DNA of 64,000 nucleotides from an uncultured delta proteobacterium (GCA_963733195.1 CAVTCR010000008.1:1-64000); one strand, 5' to 3'; counted from the first letter of the stretch, positions 50,278 to 63,451 are shown. Translations and numbers: made by a program. Notes: generated by a model not told the origin, from the sequence alone.

Positions 50278-51372
50278 GTGGCGACGATCAGACTAGAAAA
50301 CATTCACAAGACGTATACCGGCGGCCAACCTGTTATCTCCGACCTCGATCTTGAGGTCACCGATGGTGAACTAGTTGTCTTGGTAGGACCGTCTGGCTGC
50401 GGGAAGAGTACCGTCCTACGTATCGTCGCCGGTTTGGAAACTCCCACCCGCGGCCGCGTGTTCCTCGGCGAGCACAACGTCACCAATCTTCCTCCACAGG
50501 ATCGCAACATCGCCATGGTCTTTCAGAACTACGCCCTCTACCCACATAAGAGTGTGCGCGAGAACTTGATGTTTGGTCTACGCATGCGCGACGTCCCAAG
50601 CACCGTCATCACGGAACGAGTAGAAAGGATAGCTACGACTCTCGGCATTACACCGTTGCTGGACCGCAAACCCTCTCAGCTTTCCGGCGGTCAGCGTCAA
50701 CGTGTAGCGTTGGGCCGTGCGCTGGTGCGTGAGCCGCACGCCTTCCTCCTCGATGAACCGCTCTCAAACCTCGACGTGAAACTCCGGATTGATACGCGGG
50801 CGGAACTCGCGCGGCTGCATAGACGCCTGGGAGCAACGATGCTCTACGTGACACACGATCAAGAGGAAGCCATGACGTTAGGAGATCGAGTCGCCGTGCT
50901 GCACAACGGTCGTCTCCAGCAAATGGCGCCTCCTCTGGACGTATACCGCCGACCGGCGAACGTTCTCGTCGCTGGATTTCTCGGCTCACCAACCATGAAC
51001 TTCATTCACGGCGAGTTGGATGAGGAACGGGGCAGCGTACGGTTCAAGTGTTCGGCTTTTGTTTTGGCAATAGGTGATACCTACAGACTACATGCTAAGC
51101 GCAGAGACGTTGTGCTTGGTGTGCGTCCGCAAGATGTGGAGGTGGTCTCCTCGCCTGATGAAGCCGATGTAACAGCTCGTGTTGATATCATCGAGTCACG
51201 AGGCAACGATCTCGTGCTACATCTGGAGCTGATAGCAGAAAACGACGGGCACACGCTGACCCTCGTGACCTCCTCAGAGGAAGAAGTTGCTGTCGATGAT
51301 TGGCTTGGCCTTCGTTTCCGGCGCGACCACCTCCATTTTTTCGACCTCGACAGTGGAACGAGGCTACACTAA
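50278..51372 (+). CDS. Sugar ABC ATP-binding protein (MalK/UgpC-like)
   Basis: GPSGCGKST, MVFQNYALYPH, LSGGQRQRVALGRA, DEPLSNLD. Confidence 0.95.
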   Translation: MATIRLENIHKTYTGGQPVISDLDLEVTDGELVVLVGPSGCGKSTVLRIVAGLETPTRGRVFLGEHNVTNLPPQDRNIAMVFQNYALYPHKSVRENLMFGLRMRDVPSTVITERVERIATTLGITPLLDRKPSQLSGGQRQRVALGRALVREPHAFLLDEPLSNLDVKLRIDTRAELARLHRRLGATMLYVTHDQEEAMTLGDRVAVLHNGRLQQMAPPLDVYRRPANVLVAGFLGSPTMNFIHGELDEERGSVRFKCSAFVLAIGDTYRLHAKRRDVVLGVRPQDVEVVSSPDEADVTARVDIIESRGNDLVLHLELIAENDGHTLTLVTSSEEEVAVDDWLGLRFRRDHLHFFDLDSGTRLH

Positions 51373-51683
51373 AAAGCTGTGAGGAATGGCCTACTTTTGG
51401 GACAGCGACGAACACTCAGCACAGGACGGGAACCAAACTCTTACTCGGACGGTCTAAGAAAACGAGCGAAGAGTTCAGTAGCAACGTTCCTTCTTGCCCC
51501 AAAGGCGAGACACAACCGCATCTTTTCGTTGCAAACCTAGGACACCTTAAATCAAAAGACCAGAAAGTTTACGCAAACACGCTTCAAGAAAACCAACAAC
51601 TCTGGCAGATCTTTTTCACGTTCTCTTGGTACACCTCTTGCTCCTATTAATAGCTCAGAATCTTAAAGCAACGGAGGTGATCT

Positions 51684-52376
51684 ATGATGAGAAATACATT
51701 GGCAATCGTATCAACGTTCCTCTTCGTTTCGGGCTTTCCCCTGCTGAAAAGCGTTCAAGCCGACTCACAAGCAGATGCGATAAAAGCGCGGACGGCCGCA
51801 GTGGCAGAGGAAAAGGCTGAGATTGCTAAAGAAGAGGCCGAGTTAGCCAAGGCAGCTGCAGAGTTAGAAGAGAAAACGTCTGCCTTAGCAGAGAAGAAGG
51901 CTGCACTGGTGAAGAAAGAATCCGACATTAACGAAGAGATTGCAACACGAGCTCATCGGTTGGAACAGGAACTGGCTAAACTCAAAGCCGAGGAAACCGA
52001 ACGCGGTCTCGTGCTCACCCTCGGTGATGTGCTTTTCGAGTCTAATATGTCTGACCTCAAGGCTGAGGCGCTGCACGACCTCTACGTGCTGGTAACCTTC
52101 CTTAAAGAACATCCTGACCGCTACATTCTCATTGAAGGTCACACCGACAGTGTTGGCGCGGAAGGCTATAATCTTGAACTCTCTCAGCGACGGGTTGCTG
52201 CGGTGCGTGATTTCCTCGTGCACAACGGCATCGACCTAGAACGGATTAGCGAGCGCGGGTACGGCCAAGCGCACCCCGTGGCCTCGAATGCTACCAAGGT
52301 TGGGCGTCAGGAAAACCGCCGGGTCGAGGTCGTCATTTTGCATGGGGATGAGCGCATCGCCGAACGAATGAGGTAA
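51684..52376 (+). CDS. OmpA-family protein with N-terminal coiled coil
   Basis: RGLVLTLGDVLF, IEGHTDSVG, NLELSQRR, NRRVEVVI. Confidence 0.92.
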   Translation: MMRNTLAIVSTFLFVSGFPLLKSVQADSQADAIKARTAAVAEEKAEIAKEEAELAKAAAELEEKTSALAEKKAALVKKESDINEEIATRAHRLEQELAKLKAEETERGLVLTLGDVLFESNMSDLKAEALHDLYVLVTFLKEHPDRYILIEGHTDSVGAEGYNLELSQRRVAAVRDFLVHNGIDLERISERGYGQAHPVASNATKVGRQENRRVEVVILHGDERIAERMR

Positions 52377-52492
52377 GGTCCATCGACAAGCACTGCTCAA
52401 TAACTCGGCCAAAGCAACAGCGGACCACCCACAAAGCAAGAACTTAGGTTACCGTGAGACAAAACCTAATCGCCAGAGGAACAGCAGCGAGC

Positions 52493-52555
52493 TGTCATGC
52501 GAGGAGGATAACGAAGAGTCTCTTTCGAGAGATTCTTCGCTCGCTCAGCAATGAC
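52493..52555. repeat. Degenerate REP-like palindrome
   Basis: GTCAT...CGAAGAGTCTC / GAGATTCTTCG...ATGAC nested stems. Confidence 0.55.
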
Positions 52556-52727
52556 GCCTTGGCTACCGGGTAAAGTGTAGATGTTCGTGGTGCGAAATTT
52601 AGAACGCATCGTCAACTGGGTCGGCAAAACCGTTGCCTCATGCTATTTTTCTCAGGTCTAGCGCTGTTCGCTACCCTGGTATAACACCAAGGATACTTTT
52701 TTGCGTCGTGACGCTAGGGGAGTTGGC

Positions 52728-55700
52728 ATGGGAGGCAGGAATAGAAACACCGTCCAAAGGGCAGATGACCCACTTTGGTACAAGGACGCCATCTTCTATG
52801 AACTGCACGTACGGGCGTTTTCTGATAACTCGGGAGATGGGGTAGGAGACTTTCGCGGCCTGACGCAAAAACTCGATTATCTCCAGGACCTCGGCATTAC
52901 CGTACTCTGGCTGCTGCCATTCTGTCCTTCTCCATTGAAGGATGATGGCTACGATATGTCCGACTACACTGACGTTCATCCTATCTATGGAACGCTCGCC
53001 GACTTCGAGGTATTTCTCCGCGAGGCTCATCAGCGCGGGATTCGGGTCATTACCGAGTTAGCCTTGAACCACACCTCTGACCAGCACCCGTGGTTCCAAC
53101 GCGCGCGGCGCGCCAAACCCGGCAGTTCCTGGCGTAACTTCTACGTCTGGACTGACACCCCAGAGAAATACCAGGACGCGCGCATTATCTTCAAAGACTT
53201 TGAGTCCTCTAACTGGGCATGGGATCCAGTGGCCCATGCCTACTATTGGCATCGCTTCTATTCGCACCAACCGGACCTCAACTACGACAACCCGTCCGTA
53301 CGCAAAGCGATCCTGCAGGCGGTTGATTTCTGGTTTAGGCTTGGTGTGGATGGATTACGGCTTGATGCCGTGCCGTATCTCTATGAGCGGGAGGGCACGA
53401 ACTGTGAAAATCTCCCAGACACCCATGCGTTCCTCAAAGAGCTCCGCCGACATGTCGACCGCCAGTTTCCTCACCGTCTGTTTTTAGCCGAGGCGAATCA
53501 GTGGCCGGAGGATGCAGCTGCCTACTTCGGCGACGGGGATGAGTGCCACATGAACTTCCATTTTCCCCTCATGCCCCGGCTGTTTATGGCGATTCAGACG
53601 GAGGATCGGTTTCCCATCCTCGATATTCTGCAACAGACCCCCGTGATCCCAGAAAATTGCCAGTGGGGTATTTTTCTGCGCAATCACGACGAACTCACCC
53701 TAGAGATGGTGACCGACGAAGAGCGGGACTATATGTACCGTGTCTATGCTCAGGATCCCCAAGCACGGATTAATTTGGGCATCCGCCGCCGTCTAGCGCC
53801 GCTTCTGCGCAGCAACCGACGGCGGATGGAACTGATGAACGGACTGCTCTTCTCACTACCGGGGTCTCCCATTCTCTATTACGGGGATGAGATCGGCATG
53901 GGAGATAATGTGTATCTGGGTGACCGCAACGGGGTGCGCACCCCTATGCAGTGGAGTTCCGATCGCAACGCCGGGTTTTCGCGGGCCAACCCGCAGCGAC
54001 TTTACCTTCCCATCATTATTGACCCTGAATATCATTACGAAGCCAGCAACGTCGATGCGCAACAACATAACCCTCATTCATTCCTCTGGTGGATGAAACG
54101 GCTGATCGCGTTGCGTAAACGTCACAAAGCGTTCGGGCGTGGTACGTTAGAGTTCCTGTATCCAGAGAACCCAAAGATTCTTGCCTTCTTGCGGCGATAT
54201 CACGACGAGTGCATTCTTGTCGTGGTCAACCTCTCGCGCTTTGTCCAGTACGTGGAGTTGGACCTTACCGCCTTCAGAGGGATCCAGCCCGTCGAAATGT
54301 TTGGTCGAGTGACCTTTCCCCCGATTGGCGATCTGCCGTATCTCTTGACCTTGGGACCTCACTCCTTTTTTTGGTTTACCCTGGACGTCCCGCGGGGAGT
54401 CGAGACAGGAGCGGCCGCTCCTGTGGGTACGGTGCCAACACTGCAGGTCAGAGGCTTATGTACCCAAGTCTTTCAAGCCGCAAGAGAGGAGCTCGCTTCG
54501 CTCCTGGCGCAGTACCTGAAAGGACGCCGTTGGTTTGGCGGCAAGGCGCGCCAAATTCAGTCCATCACCATACCCGAGATTGTTCACTTTCCCTACGGCA
54601 CTGTGGTCGCACATCTCACGTCAATTGTCGTTGCCTACGTCGAGGGCGATCCAGAAACGTATGTACTGCCTCTCCTGGTCGCTATCGGAGAAGAAGGGGA
54701 GCGGGTACAACTGGAGGCATCACAGGTGGTGGTGGCTCGTCTGGAAGGAGAAGATGGTACAGGGGTCCTGTACGAGGTGATCGGCGAAAGCACGTTTTGT
54801 GATGCCCTTCTCGATGCGATTACCCGGCGGCGCCGGTACCGAGGGACTCTGGGAGAACTCGTTGGTGTGCCAGCGCGGACGCTGCCGCAACTCCGCGGCT
54901 CGCCCGATACCGTGCTGACACCCTCGCTCTTGAAAGCCGAGCAGAGCAATACCTCGATCGTTTATGGAGAGAAACTGATCCTCAAACTCTTCCGCCGTGT
55001 TGATGGCGGCGTGAACCCAGACCTCGAAATGGGGCGTTTTTTGACTGAGAAGGCCGCGTATTCTCACGTCGCTCCGGTCGCCGGGGCGCTCGAGTATCGG
55101 CGGCCGCAGCAGGAGCCAATCACTGTAGCCATTGTCCATGGTTTTGTGCCGAACGCAGGTGACGCCTGGCGCTATACTTTGGATGCACTCGATCGGTATT
55201 TCGAGGCCGCGCTGGCGCAACAGGCGACCGCACAGCCGGCCGTGCCGCAGAAGCCACTCCTGGCGCTCACGGAAGAAGAAGTTCCGCCCCTTGTCGTGAG
55301 CCCTGATGGGTTCGTACCTCACTTCAGCACAATTGCTGGGCCAACGGACTGCCGAGCTTCACCTGGCCCTCGCGTCAGATACGACACGATCCGTCTTTCG
55401 CTCCGGAGTCGTTTTCGATGCTTTATCAGCGGTCCATTTATCAGACGATGCGGAGTCTTGCGGCCCAGTCCTTCCGGCTGCTGCGCCAGCGCCTGAAGCA
55501 ACTTCCGGAAGCCATCCTCGCGGAAGCCCGTCACGTCCTTGACTTGGAAGGCGAAGTATTGCGCCGCTTCCAGATTATCTTCCGCCACAAGATCACCACG
55601 ATACGGACACGCTATCACGGTGACTACCATCTGGGACAAGTGCTGTACACGGGCAAAGATTTCATTATCATCGACTTCGAGGGCGAACCCGCCCGTCCGC

Positions 55701-56080
55701 TCAGCGAGCGACGCATGAAACGCTCGCCACTACGCGATGTCGCTGGCATGCTGCGGTCCTTCCACTACGCGGCATATACGGTACTCTTTGATCACGTAGA
55801 TAAAGGGATTCTCCACTCTCCTCCGGAAGGGCTGACCTCTTTGGAGCAGTGGGCACGCGTGTGGTACAGCGCGGTTGCAGCCACCTTTGTCAAAGCCTAT
55901 CTCGAAACCGCCGCTCCAGGCGCTTTTGTCCCGCGTAACCGGGCGGACCTTCAAGTCCTGCTGGATGCCTTCCTGCTGGAAAAAGCCGTCTATGAGCTCA
56001 GCTATGAACTCAACAATCGCCCAGAGTGGATACGGATCCCACTGCGGGGTATTGTCCAACTCTTGGAAACCGCAGGGTAA
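52728..56080 (+). CDS. treS: Trehalose synthase-maltokinase fusion (TreS-Mak/Pep2), frameshifts near 55300-55400
   Basis: [43 protein letters not shown]; then [32 protein letters not shown]. Confidence 0.95.
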
Positions 56081-56087
56081 AGCAACG

Positions 56088-58121
56088 ATGGCGCGGAGCA
56101 CAGATAAGACAACCCGATCACCACGTAAGCAGACGACCGAGCGTAGGAAACGTGTACGCTCCGGCAAGGCTGCCGTGCACCAGGACCTGATTCTCGCCGA
56201 CCGCATCTTCTTAGGAGAACAAGATCTCCACTTCTTTAACGAAGGGACACACCTGCGCTTGTACGAAAAGCTGGGTGCCCATCCGTTGTCGTGGACGGCG
56301 TCTGCAGGTACGGCTTTTGCGGTGTGGGCACCGAATGCCGAGCAGGTCTCTGTGATCGGCGAGTTCAATGACTGGAACACGACGAGTCATCCACTCTCTG
56401 CCAAAGGGCAGTCGGGTATCTGGGAGCGATTCTTCCCTGGCATCGAGAAAGGAACCACGTACAAATATCATATCACTTCTCGTTATAACGGCTATCACGT
56501 CGATAAGGCGGACCCGTTCGCGTTCTCCACGGAACAACCACCGAGAACCGCGTCGGTGGTGTGGGATCTCTCCTACACGTGGAGCGACCACGAGTGGTTG
56601 CAACACCGCCGTCGCCGCAACGCTCTGGATGCACCGATGGCAATTTACGAAATCCACCTCGGCTCTTGGCGGCGCGTGCCGGAAGAAAACCACCGCTCGC
56701 TCACATACAGAGAACTCGCGCCGCAACTCGCCGAGTATGTCGAGCGGATGGGGTTCTCTCATGTTGAATTCTTGCCGGTCATGGAGCACCCATTCTATGG
56801 CTCGTGGGGCTACGAGGTCAGTGGATATTTCGCTCCCACCAGCCGTTATGGCACCCCGCAGGACCTGATGTATCTGATCGACTACCTGCATCAACATAAC
56901 ATCGGCGTGATTTTAGACTGGGTCCCGGCACATTTCCCCCGAGATGAGCATAGCCTGGGATACTTCGATGGGACCCATCTGTTCGAGCATGATGATCCGC
57001 GGCAAGGTGTCCATCCAGATTGGGACAGCTTTATTTTTAACTATGGGCGCGCCGAGGTGCAGAGCTTCCTTCTCAGTAACGCGTTGTTTTGGCTTGACAT
57101 GTATCACGTTGATGGCCTGCGCATCGACGCAGTGGCGTCGATGCTCTATCTGGACTACTCACGAAAAGACGGCGAGTGGATTCCCAACGAACACGGCGGA
57201 CGCGAGAACCTCCACGCCGTTGAGTTCCTGCGCCGCGTGAACGAGGAAGTCTATAAGCACTATCCGGATGTCCAAACCATCGCTGAGGAATCGACCGCCT
57301 GGCCGATGGTTTCTCGTCCTCTCTATTTGGGCGGACTCGGCTTCGGTTTGAAGTGGGACATGGGTTGGATGCACGACATGCTCCATTACCTGTCGCTGGA
57401 CCCGGTCCACCGCAAACATCATCACAACGAGTTAACCTTTCGTCAGCTCTATGCGTTTACTGAGAACTTTGTCCTCCCCCTCTCGCACGACGAGGTCGTT
57501 CATGGGAAAGGCTCACTGCTCAACAAGATGCCCGGGGATGAGTGGCAGAAGTTTGCGAATCTGCGGCTGTTGTTCGGATACCAGTACGCCCAACCGGGCA
57601 AGAAACTGCTGTTCATGGGTGATGAGTTTGGTCAGTCGAACGAGTGGAATCACGACACCAGTCTCGACTGGCACCTATTGGAGTATCCCGTGCATACCGG
57701 GCTGCAGCGGTGGGTCTCGGATTTGAACCGACTCTACTGTCGTGAGCCAGCCCTTTATGAACGTGATTGTGAGGCGGCGGGCTTCAGGTGGGTCGATTGT
57801 AATGACTCCGAGCAGAGTGTCGTGAGCTTCCTGCGTACGGGACGAACGACAGAGGATACTATTCTCGTCGTCTGTAATTTCACTCCCGTACCACGCCACA
57901 ACTATCACGTCGGTGTCCCACATGGAGGATTCTGGCGCGAGGTCTTGAACAGCGATGCTCAGGATTACGGCGGCAGCCATCAGGGCAACACAGGAGGGAG
58001 GGAAGCCAACCCCGTTGCCCAGCACGGCCACTTCCACTCCCTGACGCTGACCTTGCCGCCGTTAGCGGTGGTGTTTCTGAAGAGCGAAAGGCACGCACCA
58101 GCCGAGGAGCGCCAGGCATGA
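56088..58121 (+). CDS. glgB: 1,4-alpha-glucan branching enzyme
   Basis: [51 protein letters not shown]. Confidence 0.97.
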   Translation: MARSTDKTTRSPRKQTTERRKRVRSGKAAVHQDLILADRIFLGEQDLHFFNEGTHLRLYEKLGAHPLSWTASAGTAFAVWAPNAEQVSVIGEFNDWNTTSHPLSAKGQSGIWERFFPGIEKGTTYKYHITSRYNGYHVDKADPFAFSTEQPPRTASVVWDLSYTWSDHEWLQHRRRRNALDAPMAIYEIHLGSWRRVPEENHRSLTYRELAPQLAEYVERMGFSHVEFLPVMEHPFYGSWGYEVSGYFAPTSRYGTPQDLMYLIDYLHQHNIGVILDWVPAHFPRDEHSLGYFDGTHLFEHDDPRQGVHPDWDSFIFNYGRAEVQSFLLSNALFWLDMYHVDGLRIDAVASMLYLDYSRKDGEWIPNEHGGRENLHAVEFLRRVNEEVYKHYPDVQTIAEESTAWPMVSRPLYLGGLGFGLKWDMGWMHDMLHYLSLDPVHRKHHHNELTFRQLYAFTENFVLPLSHDEVVHGKGSLLNKMPGDEWQKFANLRLLFGYQYAQPGKKLLFMGDEFGQSNEWNHDTSLDWHLLEYPVHTGLQRWVSDLNRLYCREPALYERDCEAAGFRWVDCNDSEQSVVSFLRTGRTTEDTILVVCNFTPVPRHNYHVGVPHGGFWREVLNSDAQDYGGSHQGNTGGREANPVAQHGHFHSLTLTLPPLAVVFLKSERHAPAEERQA

Positions 58122-60115
58122 CTGAGGAAGAGGGTCGGGTCCGCGTCGTAATTACGGGGGTTCGGCCCGAAATCGAGGGTGGTCTCTTTCCTATCAAGCG
58201 GACGCTTGGGGAAAAGGTCGTTGTGGAAGGAAACATTTTTACCGACGGCCATGACGCGCTTGCTGCCTGGCTCCTTTACCGCCACGAGCAGGAAACCCAG
58301 TGGCGGCAGGTTGCGATGCAGCCCGTAGGCAACGATGGTTGGCGCGGCTCCTTTATCGTGACGACACTCGGCCGTTACCGTTACACGCTGCGGGCGCAGA
58401 TCGATCGTTTCTCTTCTTGGTTGCACCACATCGTAAAAAAAATTGCGGCGGGTCAAGACGTCGCTATTGATCTGCTCAGTGGGGCGCTGCTCATCGAAGA
58501 GACGAGTACACACGCCACTGGAGAGGATGCAACCAAACTGCGAGAGTGGGCCAGACTGTTACGCGTGGCGCATGAATCATCGTTGCCTGAACACACGCAG
58601 TTAGGCTTGTCTGAAGAGTTAGCGCCGCTGGTGGCCAAGTATCCAGATCAGCGGTTCGCGGCAACCTATGATAAAGAACTCAGCGTGGTCGTGGAGCGCG
58701 CGAAAGCTCGCTTCAGTGCCTGGTATGAACTGTTTCCCCGCTCGTGCGCACCACAACCTGGACAGCACGGAACGTTCAAAGACTGTGAAGCGCGCTTGCC
58801 TTATGTAGCAGCGATGGGTTTCGATGTGCTGTATCTTCCCCCTATTCATCCGATCGGTCGAACCGACCGGAAAGGGAAAAACAACACGTTGGAAACTGGC
58901 CCCGATGATCCGGGCAGTCCATGGGCGATTGGTGCAGCGGAGGGCGGACATACCGCAGTCCATCCCCAACTCGGCACGCTCGAAGACTTTCGTCGGCTAG
59001 TCGCCAAGGCCAAGGAACAGGGGCTGGAAATCGCGCTTGATCTAGCATTTCAATGTACACCCGATCACCCGTATGTCTCAGAGCATCCAGAGTGGTTCCG
59101 TCACCGTCCTGATGGCAGCATTCAGTACGCTGAGAATCCCCCTAAAAAATACCAGGACATCTATCCCTTCGACTTTGAGACGGACGACTGGCACGCACTA
59201 TGGAAGGAACTGCTCAGCATCGTCCATTTCTGGCTCAATCAGGGCATTCGTATTTTCCGGGTCGATAATCCTCACACAAAACCCTTTCGTTTCTGGGCGT
59301 GGCTGATTGAGAACGTCCAGAAAGAACATCCAGAAGTGATTTTTCTGTCGGAAGCGTTTACGCGCCCGCAAGTAATGTATCGTTTGGGCAAGCTCGGATT
59401 TACACAGTCCTACACGTACTTTACCTGGCGCAATACCAAGCGTGAGATCATGGACTATTTCACCGAACTGACGCAGACGGAGGTACGGGAGTATCTGCGC
59501 CCAAACCTCTGGCCCAACACACCTGATATTCTGACCGAGTATCTGCAACTGGGAGGACGGCCCGCGTTTATCGCGCGACTGGTGCTGGCGGCAACACTCG
59601 GCGCGAACTACGGTATTTATGGTCCAGCCTTCGAACTGTGTGAGAACCAGCCGCGTGAACCGGGGAGTGAGGAGTATCGCGACTCGGAGAAGTATGAAAT
59701 CAAGTTCTGGGATCTCAACCGGCCCGACAGTCTCAAGGATGTGATCACTCGCGTGAACCGCATCCGCCGACAGAACTCGGCGCTACAGAGTGATCGGCAT
59801 CTGCATTTTCACCACGTCGATAATGAACACTTGATCTGTTACAGCAAGAGCACGGACGACGGAACCAATGTGATTCTCGTTGTTGTCAACCTAGACCCTC
59901 ATCATGCGCATGCGGGTTGGGTAGAGCTGTCGCTCGATGCGCTCGGACTCGATCACCAGATCTCGTATCAAGTCCACGACCTCCTCAGTGACAGCCGGTA
60001 TCTCTGGTCCGGGTCGCGCAACTATCTGGAACTTAATCCCTTGCGTGTGCCGGCCCACATTTTCCAGATACGCCAACGTGTCCGCACAGAGCGAGACTTC
60101 GATTACTTTATGTGA
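58118..60115 (+). CDS. glgE: Alpha-1,4-glucan:maltose-1-phosphate maltosyltransferase
   Basis: [53 protein letters not shown]. Confidence 0.97.
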   Translation: MTEEEGRVRVVITGVRPEIEGGLFPIKRTLGEKVVVEGNIFTDGHDALAAWLLYRHEQETQWRQVAMQPVGNDGWRGSFIVTTLGRYRYTLRAQIDRFSSWLHHIVKKIAAGQDVAIDLLSGALLIEETSTHATGEDATKLREWARLLRVAHESSLPEHTQLGLSEELAPLVAKYPDQRFAATYDKELSVVVERAKARFSAWYELFPRSCAPQPGQHGTFKDCEARLPYVAAMGFDVLYLPPIHPIGRTDRKGKNNTLETGPDDPGSPWAIGAAEGGHTAVHPQLGTLEDFRRLVAKAKEQGLEIALDLAFQCTPDHPYVSEHPEWFRHRPDGSIQYAENPPKKYQDIYPFDFETDDWHALWKELLSIVHFWLNQGIRIFRVDNPHTKPFRFWAWLIENVQKEHPEVIFLSEAFTRPQVMYRLGKLGFTQSYTYFTWRNTKREIMDYFTELTQTEVREYLRPNLWPNTPDILTEYLQLGGRPAFIARLVLAATLGANYGIYGPAFELCENQPREPGSEEYRDSEKYEIKFWDLNRPDSLKDVITRVNRIRRQNSALQSDRHLHFHHVDNEHLICYSKSTDDGTNVILVVVNLDPHHAHAGWVELSLDALGLDHQISYQVHDLLSDSRYLWSGSRNYLELNPLRVPAHIFQIRQRVRTERDFDYFM

Positions 60116-60188
60116 CGGCAATAGGCTGCTTGCCTAGAGCAAGTTGCGGTTGCAGGCATGAAATGTAGTTGTTAGGAGCAACAGAAAG

Positions 60189-60509
60189 TTAGTTGCTGAC
60201 CCATATTGCTTCGCCACGTTTTGCCGTTGTCAAAACCTCTAACAACTTAGACACCAATGGGCGTAAATCTTGTAAACGGTTGCTCCGTGCACGGAGGACG
60301 ACGACCGCGATGCTGTAACGAGGAAGATGCTGTTGAAATGATAAATTGCGATCGACGGTGACGAAAACATCGAATTCTTTTTCAGCACGTGCGAGCAACT
60401 CACCGTTCTTGATTGCGGCCCATCCCATCTGCGGGACAGTCTTAACCTCGTGTTCTGCAATGTCCTTTGCCAGCCGGCGGTCAAGGCATTCGTCAAGGAG
60501 AATTTTCAC
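60189..60509 (-). CDS. DUF5615 / VapC45-like PIN toxin
   Basis: MKILLDECL, MGW...NGELL, FVTVDRNLSFQQ. Confidence 0.88.
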   Translation of the reverse strand: MKILLDECLDRRLAKDIAEHEVKTVPQMGWAAIKNGELLARAEKEFDVFVTVDRNLSFQQHLPRYSIAVVVLRARSNRLQDLRPLVSKLLEVLTTAKRGEAIWVSN

Positions 60510-60718
60510 AGAACCGCCGCTACCATACGATCTTTGGCTTCCTCTAGGAAGGCGATAACTTGCTCGCGGCTGACGGTTGGAAACCCTTCCAGAAAATCAT
60601 CAATGGTTTCTCCACCCTCAAGATAATCCAGCAAGGTTTGCACTGGGACCCGAGTCCCGGCGAACACAGGGGTCCCTCCCATAACGTCAGGAGAGCAGAT
60701 GATCAACGGCTTTGTCAT
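60506..60718 (-). CDS. DUF433 / VapB45-like antitoxin
   Basis: PDVMGGTPVFAGTRVPV...LDYLEGG...FLEGFP. Confidence 0.92.
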   Translation of the reverse strand: MTKPLIICSPDVMGGTPVFAGTRVPVQTLLDYLEGGETIDDFLEGFPTVSREQVIAFLEEAKDRMVAAVL

Positions 60719-60773
60719 GGTGAAAAAGTACTCCTAAACTAGTATGACAATCAAGATGAGGATGTCGTGCCCA

Positions 60774-61159
60774 TTACTCCTTAATCACCCGAAACACCTG
60801 CCCGCCGGGTGCATGAAAATAGAAATGCTCGGTGTCCCAAAAGTCGGTGATCTCTTCGACCCCGAAAGCCTTCAGCTTCTTGACTAACTTTCAACATCAT
60901 CCGTCTTCAGTTCTAACCAGCACGCATGCCGATAATCTTTGGAAGTGAAAGGTGCTTCACGCTCAGGGACGTATTGCACCCCGAGCACTTCACCATCAGG
61001 AAAATGAAACAGATCGATATTCTCCGGTATGTTTGCAGTTACGTTGTGGTCATGCGCTTCGATCTGACACCCCAAAATGTCCACGTAAAACGCACGTACG
61101 CGCAGGCGTTCAGACTGTGAAAGCGTGAGAAGATAATGGGTGCCAAATCGTACGCGCAT
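60774..61159 (-). CDS. VOC/glyoxalase-like protein, frameshift near 60885
   Basis: FYVDILGC...WLELKTDDVE, continuing KKLKAFGVEEITDFWDTEHFYFHAPGGQVFRVIKE*. Confidence 0.75.
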
Positions 61160-61173
61160 ACTCTGCCTCCTTA

Positions 61174-62070
61174 TTACGATTTACGCACCTTTACTCCGGC
61201 GCGTTCTTCTTGCATCAAAAACGGGACGGACGAATCCCGTTTGCCCCAACCACGAGCGAGGGCTTCGACGTGCTCTTGCTCGACGATGTTGGCGAGCTTG
61301 AGGGGAACATTGACTTCGCGACCTAACGCGGTGGCAAGGCCAATATCTTTGCGGGCTAACTCTAATGCAAAACGTACGGTGTCGAAGTCTCCCTTGAAGA
61401 CGACGTTAGGCAACATGTAGTTGAGAAACAATCCTTGTCCGACTGCACCACCAAGGACCGCCTGCCGTAATGCCTCTGGATCAACTCCGGCTTTAACGCC
61501 TAGTGTGAATCCCTCGGCAAGGAGGTTCAACTGGCAAATACCAATCATGTTGTGCACGAGCTTGGCAATCGCTCCACAGCCAATCGCGCCAACGTGGGTG
61601 ACTTTGTTGCCAATCGCGTCTAATACTGGCTTAACGCGTTGGTAGACTGCCGCATCACCACCAACCATCACAGCGAGTGTTGCTTGCTGCGCGCCGATCG
61701 GGCCACCGCTGACTGGTGCATCCAACACCTGCACGCCTTTTTCGCGGAATACTTCCTGAATATGACGGACAAGAGTCGGAGAGTTGGTGGAAAGATCGAT
61801 GTACACGCTGCCTGAAGCAGCGCCTTGCAAGATGCCCCCTTCTCCTAATGCGACTGACTCGACCTCTTTGGGGCCTGGTAACGAAGTGAATACAATCTCA
61901 CTCGCAGCCGCAACCGCCATTGGGCTCTCCACCCACCGTGCACCTTTTGCCAAATGACCACTAGCGACCTCGCGACGGGTATCGTACACCGTGAGCGTGT
62001 GACCCGCTTCGAGAATATGCATGGCCATCGGGCCGCCCATGTTCCCTAGACCAATGAATCCAATACGCAT
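61174..62070 (-). CDS. NAD(P)-dependent beta-hydroxyacid dehydrogenase (3-hydroxyisobutyrate dehydrogenase family)
   Basis: [32 protein letters not shown]. Confidence 0.93.
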   Translation of the reverse strand: MRIGFIGLGNMGGPMAMHILEAGHTLTVYDTRREVASGHLAKGARWVESPMAVAAASEIVFTSLPGPKEVESVALGEGGILQGAASGSVYIDLSTNSPTLVRHIQEVFREKGVQVLDAPVSGGPIGAQQATLAVMVGGDAAVYQRVKPVLDAIGNKVTHVGAIGCGAIAKLVHNMIGICQLNLLAEGFTLGVKAGVDPEALRQAVLGGAVGQGLFLNYMLPNVVFKGDFDTVRFALELARKDIGLATALGREVNVPLKLANIVEQEHVEALARGWGKRDSSVPFLMQEERAGVKVRKS

Positions 62071-62224
62071 GATGTCCCTCCTTTGTAGTTGCTGTCGCTT
62101 CCTTTACTCCTCTTTACCCCTGTTGAGCAAGAGAAACACTTCCGAGTGGTCTGTGACAATTGGTGGACTAGGAATTCTGCTTCGACCTGCTACATATTTC
62201 TGCAGATTTTCTTGAGGAGGGACA

Positions 62225-63400
62225 ATGGACCTCAATTATTCTCCCGAAGAATTAGCCTTTCGTGACGAAGTGCGTGGTTGGCTACAAGCCAATCTCCCCA
62301 ATGACCTGCGTGAAAAGGTCACCAACTACCGAGAACTGAGCCGCGACGATCTGCTCGGCTGGCATCGGATCCTGGCAAAGAAAGGCTGGATCGCACCTGA
62401 ATGGCCGGTCGAGTGGGGCGGTCAGAACTGGACAGTCGTCCAACGTTATATCCTTGAGGAAGAATGCGCCTATGCGGGTTGCCCGCCGTTGATACCGTTT
62501 GGTCTCAAGATGTGCGGTCCTGTTCTCCATCGCTTTGGAACTGAAGAACAGAAACAGCGCTTTCTCCCTGGGATCTACAACGGCGATGTCTTTTGGTGTC
62601 AAGGATATTCAGAACCAGGTTCAGGGTCTGATCTTGCCTCATTGAAAACGACGGCGGTGCGCCAGGGTGATTACTACATCGTCAACGGTCAGAAAACCTG
62701 GACCACCTGGGGCCATCACGCAGATTGGATTTTCTGTCTCGTCCGCACTGATCAAGGTGCGAAGAAACAAGAAGGGATCTCGTTTCTCCTCTTCGATATG
62801 AAAACCCCAGGGATCACCGTGCGACCGTTGATCCTTATGGATGGTGGTCATGAAGTGAACGAGGTCTTCTTTGATGATGTGAAAGTACCAGCAGAAAATT
62901 TGGTTCACCGAGAGAACGATGGTTGGACGGTGGCGAAGTATCTCCTTGGTCATGAACGTATGGGAACCGGTGGCATCGGTGGCTCAAAGCGGGAGCTGGC
63001 AAAGCTGAAGGTTTTAGCCGCCAAGGAAATGAGAAACGGTAAACCTCTGCTCGACGATCCGCGCTTTCGTGACAAAGTCTCGCGCGTGGAGGTGGAATTA
63101 ATGGCGTTGGAAATCACCAACCTGCGCTTCCTTGATCAACTGCGTGGTGGGCGTGCACCTGGCGCAGAAGTGTCGCTGCTGAAAATCAAAGGTACTGAGA
63201 TTCAACAAGCCCTTACTGAACTGCTGGTCGAAGTGATGGGACCGCTAACGCAACCGTTTCGCGCGATTGAGGCCGCAGACTTTGACATCTCTACCGCTGC
63301 ACTGTTGCCGCGTTACTTCAACTATCGCAAGACGACTATTTACGCTGGGTCGAACGAGATTCAGCGCAACATTATCGCGAAAGCGACTCTCGGGTTGTAA
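62225..63400 (+). CDS. Acyl-CoA dehydrogenase (PimC-like large subunit)
   Basis: WCQGYSEPGSGSDLASL, NGQKTWT, NEVFFDDV, TIYAGSNEIQRNII. Confidence 0.95.
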   Translation: MDLNYSPEELAFRDEVRGWLQANLPNDLREKVTNYRELSRDDLLGWHRILAKKGWIAPEWPVEWGGQNWTVVQRYILEEECAYAGCPPLIPFGLKMCGPVLHRFGTEEQKQRFLPGIYNGDVFWCQGYSEPGSGSDLASLKTTAVRQGDYYIVNGQKTWTTWGHHADWIFCLVRTDQGAKKQEGISFLLFDMKTPGITVRPLILMDGGHEVNEVFFDDVKVPAENLVHRENDGWTVAKYLLGHERMGTGGIGGSKRELAKLKVLAAKEMRNGKPLLDDPRFRDKVSRVEVELMALEITNLRFLDQLRGGRAPGAEVSLLKIKGTEIQQALTELLVEVMGPLTQPFRAIEAADFDISTAALLPRYFNYRKTTIYAGSNEIQRNIIAKATLGL

Positions 63401-63451
63401 ACGAGGCCGAGATGGAGACAGAGACGAGCGACAGAGAACGGGAGAGTTGAC

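Noticed and set aside
5302-61159. Many frameshifts (cobB, opp genes, trxB, malG-like, treS, VOC) read as pseudogenisation or programmed frameshifting
   Set aside because: They are scattered single-base indels, often in homopolymers or dinucleotide runs, in otherwise intact genes with no in-frame stops. This fits long-read error better.
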